The notes under the pieces: model-generated | What the model saw: only the letters and a program-made list of their open reading frames with translations | The model's database searches: none | Told to the model about the DNA's origin: nothing | Translations under genes and position numbers: made by a program | Shown: positions 54,004 to 64,000 of the stretch, piece after piece | How positions within the stretch are numbered: position 1 is the stretch's first letter | Layout of the letters: every line of letters begins with the position of its first letter | Assembly: GCA_964016885.1 (NCBI GenBank) | Contig: OZ024748.1 | Span: forward strand, 58,838,001-58,902,000 | DNA length: 64,000 bases | Reading direction: 5' to 3' | DNA from: Eledone cirrhosa | Taxonomy: Eukaryota

Positions 54004-54316
54004 ACACTGGAAGGTAATATCCGTAGTGGTAGAGCACTCAGTCCATGGGACGAGTTAGGTACAAGTGGTAACACAACAGTTAGTTCACCATACCGAGAAC
54101 AATTGTTTCACCTTAGCGGATCCTCAGCTCGTGCTGAGGATCCGCTAAGGTAAAATAATTGTTCTCGGTATGGTGAACTAACTGTTGTGTTACCACTTAT
54201 ATATATATATATAAGTGGTAACACAACAGTTAGTTCACCATACCGAGAACAATTAAGTGGTAACACAACAGTTAGTTCACCATACCGAGAACAATTATTT
54301 TACCTTAGCGGATCCT
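54003..54316 (-). mobile_element. Fold-back mini element with extra arm copies
   Basis: Palindrome at 54063-54198, extra arm copies at 54213-54254 and 54255-54316, tail stem-loop at 54032-54055. Confidence 0.75.
54094..54131 (-). ncRNA. Minimal type I hammerhead motif
   Basis: CGAG-CTGAGGA-tCC-gctaa-GGt-GAAAC-AATT-GTT/CTCG. Palindromic loop 3, as in PLE-associated minimal hammerheads. Confidence 0.62.
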
Positions 54317-56802
54317 AATGTCTGTGCATATATGTATAAAATAAATAAACAGATGGAGGTAATAAGAAAGTCGACTAGCTTATTCCTAACTGTGGAATGG
54401 TGTGGCTACCGACTAATCGAATTCGTGACGCGGTTTCGATTCCTGGTTTCAGTCGTTTCGCTTAATTATAGATCGTTAGTGTCCAGTAATTAACGTATGA
54501 ACGTCACAAGTTCTCTTTTATTTTTCTCCCTAAAGTTTTTTCTGTTCCCAAACATTATTGACAGAAACAAAGTTAACTGTATCCCAAATCAGATTTATAC
54601 TTTATCTAATGATAGTACAAATTTATATTTATTTAAATTATTAATTTAAATAAATATAATGAAGTTTATTCATCGAAATACTAATACAACTGTTCTAAGT
54701 TACCTCCCTTTATTTATTCCAGTCAAGTTGATATATTTATAGTGCTGTAGCCTTACTTTCGTATCTATTCTACTATTGTTAATTTTCTCCTAACTGAACT
54801 TCGGTTTTCGGGTGTTTTGTTGTATTTGTTTCGATGGCTCTTTACGTCCTCAGTTCAAATCCTACTTAGGTAAAATTTACCTTTCATTCTTCCAGGGTTG
54901 GTAAATTAAAATAAGTAACAATTTAAGTACTGGGTTCGAGAAAATCAACTTTCCTCTCCCCCACAATTTTCTGGCCTTGTGCCTAAATTTGAAATTATTT
55001 TTAGAGGAGAGAAAAAAAATGGAAAGATTTGTTCTTCAGGTCTTTACTTCCAAGAACTTTATCAACGTTATTTGAAGTAACGAAGTGATAAAGAGGAATA
55101 AAAGGCTTGCAGATTCGATTAGCAGGTAACTTGTTCTCTCGGTCGCTACACGCCACGAAAACCAGGATAAGCCCGGCCTGATGTGCCTCCAGGCTCGAGA
55201 CAGACATTGGAATTTTAAGCTATTCTTTGTCGTGAATCAATTTAGTATACAAAAACCTGTATATTCTAAATATAAATAGATATATATTTTTGAAACAGTA
55301 TGGTCCTGGAAATCTCGGACGATTCGTAGTGTTGACTTAAACCTGACGGAGCCTACCCCTCCCAGATTTGAACCAGTAGGAGCTAGATTGTGAACAGTTC
55401 CATATAAATCCAATCCCACAAGAGGTTTTGAACTGGGCCTTTTGAATTAATGAAACACTTGTTGACTTTATAGTCTGTCTGACTATATACCATCATCATC
55501 ATCATCATTATCATTTGTGTATGAACCAGACGATGGAGGAGGGTGAAAGGTGACAAGACAGGTGTGTTGGTAATATATGGTTACACAACTAGCTGTTGTA
55601 TTAGCTGTAGAAAAAAAAAAACAAGCATAAGAAACAATATCTATCAGATAGTAGTTTGAGCAAAAAGAAATATTTTTAAGATGCAAGTAATAGGACGGAT
55701 GATAAAGTAAAGGAGATGAGAATAAAGGGATGAAATTGGAAATAGGAACCAGATTGTTAGCAATTCTATAAGTACAGACCCACAAGAGGATTTAAACTTG
55801 GCTGATGTGCTGGCTTAACCCACCCTTCATAGGCTTTGCATGTGGGTAGATGGGTAAAGAAGAGTGAAGTGTGGTATTGTATGTATGTGTTGTGAGAAAT
55901 AACTGTGATTAGGATAATAATTTTTTTCTACTTTTAGCACAAGGCCAGCAATTATTCCAGCGCATTACTGGTGCTTTATTTTATCGAACCTGAAAGGCTT
56001 GAAAAGCAAAGTTAACCTCGGTGGGGATTTGAACTCAGACCGTAAAGGGCCGTAACTCCATGCTTTAGAGCATGGCGTCTGACTCTCTACCGATACTGCC
56101 CTTTGATTATGATAATAATGTAAAACAAAAAGGAGTTGAGAGACAATAGTGGACCCCGAAGTATGTCAGTTTTGGTTGTCATATAAACATTTTGTAGCTT
56201 CCTTACTTCAGTAAATACTCCCTCAGTTAACTCTTCCATTATCATATTTTTAATGAAAGACACTGCTTGTAATTTTACAATCATTTCCAAAATAATCACT
56301 TATTTGGAAGGATTTAGTAATAAACCATATATACTCGAATGTTAGCTGAGGAATACGTGACCAAAAAGTCAATGATAGAAGTGGGATCAATATTTTTACA
56401 ATTTCTCACCAACTTTAAATTCTGCGTAAATAAGGATTTTTACCCATTTCTCAGACATGAAATAGTGTGGTCGGTTAATATTCGTATCAGCTTATTGAGT
56501 ATATATAGTAATTAACTTTTTCATTATTAAACTATTTTGCCTTTCATCCTTACGGGGTCGATAAAATAAAGTACCAGTAATGCACTGGGTAATTGCTGGC
56601 CTTGTGCCTAAAGTAGAAACAATTATTTAACTATTGTTTGGAATTTCTCCCATGAAATTATTATTGGTGGTTATTTTATATGTATAAACACTTTAGAATA
56701 AACAACTTTGTATCATAGAACTAAGAGCAATTCCAGGCAGTTTGGTATCAAAAAGATTAACTCTTTTGTAATTATGGCCTTGTTTCTGGTTTCTTTTCAT
56801 AG

Positions 56803-56882
56803 GTCCGCAATGGTCACATCAAACGAATTACAGATAATGACATCCAATCATTAGTGTTGGAGATTGTTGGCACAAATGTCAG
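56803..56882 (+). CDS. CFAP20: CFAP20 coding exon 2
   Basis: ttcttttcatAG acceptor, VRNGHIKRITDNDIQSLVLEIVGTNV plus AG, GTAAAT donor. 80 nt. Confidence 0.98.
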
Positions 56883-58221
56883 GTAAATATTTCCAATTTT
56901 GCTTTTCAACCTGTTGAAGTAGCGACCACTTCCATTAAGTTTGATGATGAACCTATAGTAGTGGAAAATGTTTGCGTTGTTCGCGCCCCTCCCCCCCCCT
57001 CCCCATGCCTCCTGTCTACTCATTGCTATCAGGACAGAATTGGCGACCTGTAGGAGTGAACCCTGCAATTTTAAATGGCTATTTAAATGCATCTTACTCA
57101 CTATCCTCCAGTGTAAAATTTTCTCTATTGTTGTGAATGCTGAGACCATGAGGTGGTTTGTGACTGGGGCTCTGCATTCTCCCACACTGTCTAGGCTCCT
57201 ATCATTGGGGTAGGTTACTGAATACAAATTAAAGTGTTCTTGTTTTCTCTCACTAATTAAGAATCACAATTTTATCTCCTCTGAATCTGTTCCCATCTTT
57301 TTCACCTCCACTCTGCTATCATTTATATGCTAACCAGATTTATATAGTTTAAAAGCTGTAAGGTTAACTGATAGCTTACCTTTGAGTATGAGCTTAGAGA
57401 TATTTAGTTAATATATTTATCTTTTAGTGAGGAAGAAGGGCAGTGTCCATGACACTCTTTTCAGGGCCTCAGTGGCTCATTGGAGAGAGGAAAAGAGGGA
57501 GATATCCTCAAACTAGGGACCTGGCTTAAATGCTTGCAACAAAGTAGACACCATTAAAAGTACTCGGAAGCCCATTGGTGATGTTAAACCACTTAATGAT
57601 TTAAGTCTATCACCCAAGTAGATCATGACGAGTTTTGAATTCATGATGCAAAGAGCCAAAGCAAATACTGCAAGGCAGCCTATCTGATGTTCTGACAACT
57701 CTACCAACACACTGTCCTAGGTTAAAAGGCAATATTAACTGTGGCAGGATTTAAAATGATCCTGTAAGGTGCTAGAATAAATACTGTTAGTTGATTCTGC
57801 TGACATTCCAATATTTCAGCTAATTTGACACCTGGTATGGTGATGTTTCTGTGATTTGAGTTGTAGGGTTATCACTGAAGACTTCATCTTCTTGTGTTTG
57901 AAGGGGCAAATTCTATTCCCCTTCTCATCTGACCATGATTCAGCAGGTACAGCTCTCTGGATGAGGGGCAGGGCCTATATATAGCTCCCACCGCACACCT
58001 GTTTCTCTCTTATAAAACTTCTCAGTCCTTAGTGAGGAGCTTCAGCTTCCCCGGGGCAGGGTGAAAGCCTTGTAACACCTTGTAGAATTTTTCAGAGGCT
58101 CCGCTTCCCCAGAAGCTGTATCTACATGAAAGTTGAAGCCACTGCACGCTAATAGAACACTTGTCAATTTTACAATGTTGCTGTTGCTCACAGCTGTGAT
58201 ATATATATATATATATATATG

Positions 58222-58392
58222 TTTAATATAGAAAAGGCTTCTACAAGACTAGAACTGTTTCATTCGGAGGAATCCTCCGAATGAAACAGTTCTAGTCCTG
58301 TAGAAGCCATTTCTATATTAAATATTTATACTCTTTATGTATTGAGCACCTTACTTACTGTGGTTACCCCCAATTGAATCCGGGATAAACAT
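58222..58392 (+). mobile_element. Fold-back mini element (50-bp arms plus tail)
   Basis: Palindrome at 58222-58322 centred on GGAGGA-A-TCCTCC. Contains GAAAC-agttcta-GTC and the tail gtattgagcac. Inserted in (TA)n. Confidence 0.72.
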
Positions 58393-59719
58393 ATATATAT
58401 ATTCTTAACCTGGGTTCACTATTTACAACTGGATTATGGAAATATTTTTTTCATTATTTTATTTCTTATAAAGTAACCCGTGCTAACGTTGAAAAATGGG
58501 TGTTAAACTAGTGATGATGATGATGATGAGGATAAAGGGAAGGTAATTGGTAGAATTACTAGATAGTGGGACAAAATGATTAGTAGCAATGTTGTTTTGG
58601 CCCTTTATGTCCTAAGTTCAAAATCTACTGGGGTCAACTTTGCTGTTCACCCTTCTGAGGTCAATAAAATAAAGGTACCAGTGAGTTAGCATGGTTGAGT
58701 TAATCAACTTTCATTCCTTCCACCACCATCATAAAAAAAAAAATTGCTGGTCTTGTGCGTGAACTGGAAATCGTGATTTTTATTTCTTATACTATACCAT
58801 GCCTTTTGTCTTTTTGTGAACAATAGCTCCATTGTTTATAGGTTTCCAACAAACCAATCACTGGCTTATATTATTTCTGATGGTGAGACCAACAGGAGTG
58901 TCTGAACAATTTTGGCAGGATGATTACAAAAGTGTTTTTGTTTAAATGTACCAGCTTATCAGTTTCTTTGCTGATGGGTATCGATAAATGTGACCCACAC
59001 CTACACACCAATGGAATGGGCTTCTGTTGTTTCCACGTAGCAAATTTTACTCGCAATGCAGTGTTTAACCTGAGCTGCTCTGCAGTGGCATCAAACTGCC
59101 AAACACTTGGTTTCGAAGTAAACTTCTTAACCTCACAGCCATGCCTGTGCCCATTCATTGAAAGAGTTAAGTGTTTTAACTATTGAGTTGGCATCAGGAA
59201 GGGCATCTGGTCATAGAATTGTACTTTTAAGGGTCTCATGCCAGCATATAACATTAGATCTAAAACCAATGTAGTTGATTGTCAGAATTCAACAGAGAGT
59301 TGAATGTCATTGCGCTATTTTTTCTGAGTTCAAATCCCATCGAGATCAACTTTGCCTTTCATCTTTCTGGGGTCAATAAAATAAAGCACCAGTCAAGTAC
59401 TAAAGTCTGTCTCAAACCCTTATACTTATCAGGCTGGTACTTCCTCCTGGACAGGACGCCACTCCATCACAGGGTTAAACTCCCAGCTGCTACTGGTACA
59501 CATTTTCAGTTGAGTATATTCGAGCAATGTGAAATGAAGGGTTTTGCTTAAGCACACAACACACAATTTAGTCAAGTAATTGAACCCACAAAATTATAAT
59601 ATTGGGTCACAGCCCTCCACAGTCAAGTACTAGAGTGGCCCTTCTCCAAATTTAAAAATCAATAATGATGACGATGAAAACCTCATATTTAATCTCTGTT
59701 TATTTATTTATCTCTTCAG

Positions 59720-59831
59720 TACCACTTATATTACATGTCCTGCTGATCCAAAGAAAACCCTTGGAATAAAACTTCCCTTTTTGGTGATGATAATAAAAAA
59801 TCTAAAAAAATATTTCACATTTGAAGTACAG
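59720..59831 (+). CDS. CFAP20: CFAP20 coding exon 3
   Basis: tctcttcAG acceptor, (S)[43 protein letters not shown] donor. 112 nt. Confidence 0.98.
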
Positions 59832-60351
59832 GTAAATAATATATTTGATTATCACTTAATTTTAACCTTTAGCATTTTAAAATCCTAATCCCCACCCACA
59901 CCCTGCTACATGTGCAGTTCCCAATCTTGGACATACTGGTGTATGAATATCAATAAATAGAATGATGTTGGACAATTAAATTTGTAAACAGAGAAAAGAA
60001 AAAAAGACTATCATATGAACTAAACTAAATAGATGTCAGGCTAACCATTTAGCATTTATATGACTGTATATTTACTATTGTATTTTTGTGATAAAGGCTT
60101 AATCTCACATATAATTATGCCACATAATATCAAATCTATGAGATTTTGATATCATTTATTTTAAGAACAATACCATTACATCAGTATCAGCAGCCGGTTA
60201 TAGCCAGTTTGAACAGGATGAGGTGAGAGAATTCTGTCCAGATATGGCCGGTTTAAATGCTAAAGGATTATTGTGATGTAAAATAATTGCTCAGTCATGC
60301 AGAAATTAGGGTTAATAACTGTAGCAATATGTGTGAGTAAAAGGGGTGGCA

Positions 60352-60622
60352 GGATATAGTCATTGTTAGTACTGGGGTGCTTGGATATAGTCATTGTTAG
60401 TACTGGGGTGGTGGGATATAGTCATTGTTAGTACTGGGGTGGTGGGATATAGTCATTGTTAGTACAGGGGTGGTGGGATATAGTCATTGTTAGTACTGGG
60501 GTGCTTGGATATAGTCATTGTTAGTACTGGGGTGGTGGGATATAGTCATTGTTAGTAATTGGGGGGGGGGGATATAGTCATTGTTAGTACTGGGGTGGTG
60601 GGATATAGTCATTGTTAGTACT
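60352..60622 (+). repeat. 31-bp minisatellite, ~9 copies
   Basis: Unit ggatatagtcattgttagtactggggtggtg. Confidence 0.93.
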
Positions 60623-60656
60623 GTTGTAATATCATCAAACATTATCCGTACTGGAA

Positions 60657-61345
60657 TACTGAGATGGTATGTACAGGGTGGCTGTGTGGTTAAGAGGTTC
60701 AGTTCACAACACTGAGATGGTATGTACAGGGTGGCTGTGTGGTTAAGAGGTTCAGTTCACAACACTGAGATGGTATGTACAGGGTGGCTGTGTGGTTAAG
60801 AGGTTCACTTCACAATACTGAGATGGTATGTACAGGGTGGCTGTGTGGTTAAGCGGTTCAGTTCACAATACTGAGATGGTATGTACAGGGTGGCTGTGTG
60901 GTTAAGAGGTTCAGTTCACAACACTGAGATGGTATGTACAGGGTGGCTGTGTGGTTAAGAGGTTCACTTCACAATACTGAGATGGTATGTACAGGGTGGC
61001 TGTGTGGTTAAGAGGTTCAGTTCACAACACTGAGATGGTATGTACAGGGTGGCTGTGTGGTTAAGAGGTTCAGTTCACAACACTGAGATGGTATGTACAG
61101 GGTGGCTGTGTGGTTAAGAGGTTCACTTCACAATACTGAGATGGTATGTACAGGGTGGCTGTGTGGTTAAGAGGTTCAGTTCACAACACTGAGATGGTAT
61201 GTACAGGGTGGCTGTGTGGTTAAGAGGTTCAGTTCACAGTACTGAGATGGTATGTACAGGGTGGCTGTGGGGTTAAGAGGTTCAGTTCACCACACTGAGA
61301 TGGTATGTACAGGGTGGCTGGGTGGTTAAGAGGTTCACTTCGCAA
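60657..61345 (+). repeat. 53-bp tandem repeat x13 including a SINE head
   Basis: Unit gagatggtatgtacagggtggctgtgtggttaagaggttcagttcacaacact, starting at 60661 through 61297. The last unit continues into a B-box-like tgttcaattt. Confidence 0.93.
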
Positions 61346-62149
61346 TCATGTGGTTTTATGTTCAATTTCACTGAATTGTATGTTGGTATACAATGAGGAA
61401 AGAAAACATGCCGACATATACACACACTCTTCTGTCTGTGTATGTGTGTGTGTTAGTGTATGTGTGCTTGCATGTTTCTATTTATATACTCATACACAAC
61501 TCATATATATAAATGTATACATATGTATATATACACACACGCAATTGTAATGAATCTTAGAATGTATATATCTGTGATGACTGAGGAAGGAAATGGGTGG
61601 GATGGTGAAAAAGTGTATCATTTCATTCACAAAACCTTGTTCAGCCTGTGGCTAAAGTGGCAGACACTTCACCTAGGTGCTACACTTTAGGAGAAAGCCT
61701 GAAGCCATGAGGTTGTAAAACCTACATACACGTGCACAATTTTGTTTATTCTGCAGTAACTTACATTAGATGGAATGGAGGGTCACTACGTCAGTTATGA
61801 CAAGTGTTCCGGTTGATCCAATCAACGGAACAGCCTGCTCGTGAAATTAACGTGCAAGTGGCTGAGCATTCCATAGACACCTGTACCCTTACTGTAGTTC
61901 TCAGGGAGATTCAGCATGGCACAGAATGTGACAAGGCTGACCTTTTAAATTACAAGTACAACTCAATTTTGTAGTTGAGTGGACTGGAGCACCGTGAAAT
62001 AAAGTGTCTTGTTCAAGGACACAATGTGCTGCTAGGAATTGAACTCATGAACTTACGATTGTGAGCCAAATAGCCTAACCACAAGGCCACATGCCTTCAC
62101 AGTAGCTTACATACATACTAACACGCAATGTACAGTTCTGTTTCATCTG

Positions 62150-62400
62150 TAGTACCATACATATATGAGGATTGCAGCATCTTCACAGACGATTGCCGTC
62201 TCTTATTGATTCTTCATTATCATCCCATCTGTATCCATAACTACGTAGATGTCTTTGTGGGCCAGCTGTAGATCTGCATGGTTTACGACACAGGTGACAG
62301 AAGAGAGCTGTGCTTTCCCCTGGACTGGTGGTCTCACCCTGTCGGACACCGTCTTTATGTACCACCGTGTGTTTTTTTTTAGTCCGGACAAGTTCCACAT
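62150..62400 (-). mobile_element. RTE-like LINE 3' end with C2H2 knuckle
   Basis: Reads ..KDGVRQGE..CHLCRKPCRSTAGPQRHLRSY. Confidence 0.6.
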
Positions 62401-62582
62401 GCATACATACATACATACATACATACATACATACATACATACTTACATGTCGAATTCTATTTGATCTGCAGTCGCCTACACACATACTTACACACAGTTC
62501 CAGTTATTCTGTTGTAGTTTTCATACATATATATATATATACACACACACACACATGTACAATTCTGTTTGTTTTGTGATAG

Positions 62583-62771
62583 GTTTTAGATGACAAAGGT
62601 GTACGTCGCCGATTCCGTGCCAGCAACTACCAGAGTACCACGCGTGTAAAACCTTTCATCTGTACTATGCCAATGCGTCTTGATGATAGCTGGAATCAGA
62701 TACAGTTTAATCTCTCTGATTTTACACGGCGGGCCTATGGTACAAACTACATTGAGACAATTAGAGTACAG
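62583..62771 (+). CDS. CFAP20: CFAP20 coding exon 4 (remaining exons outside the window)
   Basis: gttttgtgatAG acceptor, [69 protein letters not shown] donor. 189 nt. The four exons total 465 nt = 155 aa. Confidence 0.98.
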
Positions 62772-62852
62772 GTAAGTGTTTACATTCATGTTAATCATCT
62801 ATATCTACACCATTTTCACTACCCGTGTATACATGTGAATGCATATATATAT

Positions 62853-63150
62853 GGAGGCACATGGCTTAGTGGTTAGAGCATTGGCCTTGCAATCGAAAGG
62901 TTGTGAGTTCAATTCTCAGACCGGGTGATGTGTTGTTTCCTTGAGCTAGACACTTTATTTCACATTGCTCCAGTTTACTCAGCTGTAAAGTGGACGTGTA
63001 GGTGCCACAGAAAAAAAACGCACCCAGCACTCACTGTAAATGAGGTTGGTGTTAGGAAGGGCATCCAGCTGTAGAAATCAAGCCAGAATCAGTTCCAGTC
63101 CCACCCTTGCAAGCAGGGAAAAGTGGACATAAAATGATGATGATGATGAT
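62853..63150 (+). mobile_element. tRNA-derived CORE-like SINE (group B) with RTE tail, representative copy
   Basis: Head ggaggcacatggcttagtggttagagc, B box gagttcaattc, CORE-like ttccttgagcaagacactttatttcac, tail cccacccttgcaagcagggaaaag..(ATG)n. Other copies are near 1145, 10512, 17425, 20323, 20615, 32253, 34335, 39870 and 41729. Confidence 0.85.
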
Positions 63151-64000
63151 ATATATATACATATATATATATATACACACATCATCATTACTTCAACCCC
63201 AATACGCATGCCTTTCCCCAGACACACATTGCTAAAAGCTGCCCCTCTCCCCTGTGAAGTGATTGGTGATGGAAAGGGCATTCAGTCATGGAAAACTTGT
63301 CCAACAAAAGGTCGAGAGGACCCTTCAGTTATGTCAAGGACATGACAGTCTCTTTAGTTATTGGTGACCTACTACAAAACACACCCAGTACAAACTGTAA
63401 AGTGGTTGGTGTTAGGAAGGGCATGCGGCTGTAGAAATCTTGCCAGACAAAGGATTGGGAAAACTCTCAGTCGTATCAAAGATATGACAACCCTTCCTCT
63501 GTGCTCGGTGGAATTGGAGACCGTACATAAGTGAGACACAGATCCCTGGCCTGTCTGGGAGATCAGTGGCTCTATTTCAGTTCTGACTTGGTCTATGTAG
63601 ACCTGTTCAATGCTTGCTAGCAAGAGAAGCGTACGTTAAAACAACGACGACGATGATGATGATGATATATATATTATATATATATTTGAATGCACCACCT
63701 TCCCCTCTATCCCCCCCCCCTCCATATACCTCCCACGGCCTAACACTGCACCCAGTCCACACTGTAAAATGGTTGTGTAGGTGTCATGACAAAAAGCATG
63801 TAGTACACACTATAAATGTGGTTGGATTTAGGAAGAGCATCAAGCCATAGAAACCAAGCCCAAATCAGTCCTGTATGAGTAAGACACGGCCATCTGATCT
63901 GACTTGTCTAACAACAGGACAACACATCTAACCCATCCTAGCATGGTAAAATGGACATTAAACGGTTATGATATAATATATAATGTGGAGGCACATGGCT

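Noticed and set aside
54395-54455. tRNA-like sequence with B box (ggtttcgattcc)
   Set aside because: I could not build a cloverleaf. It is probably a decayed SINE head, and I found no genuine tRNA or rRNA gene in the window.

Overview
This is AT-rich, repeat-dense animal genomic DNA. The SINE, LINE and microsatellite landscape suggests an octopus-like cephalopod, which is an inference. Two spliced ciliary genes sit head-to-head with 3142 bp between their ATGs. B9D1 (minus strand, transition zone) has 5 coding exons at 49528->871 and its last exon lies left of the window. CFAP20/Bug22 (plus strand, inner junction) has 4 coding exons at 52671->62771 and the rest lies right of the window. RFX X-boxes and a ~47-bp minisatellite lie between the two genes. 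The introns hold two tRNA-derived SINE groups, RTE-type LINE fragments, a Penelope-like element (PLE) with a GIY-YIG domain, TTAA-flanked MITEs and many minisatellites, several amplified from TE pieces. The most striking unexplained structure is about a dozen small non-coding, PLE-type inserts in (TA)n tracts. Several carry type I hammerhead ribozyme motifs, several are palindromes that fold back inside the ribozyme, and otherwise dissimilar families share a covarying 3' bulged stem-loop (ACTC-stem-loop-stem-YY-GAGT-RCTC). CFAP20 also has a Gly->Ser change (AGC in a UAG context) at a conserved site that A-to-I editing could restore. Most long ORFs in the supplied track are microsatellite artefacts. 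All alignments and folds were done by eye.
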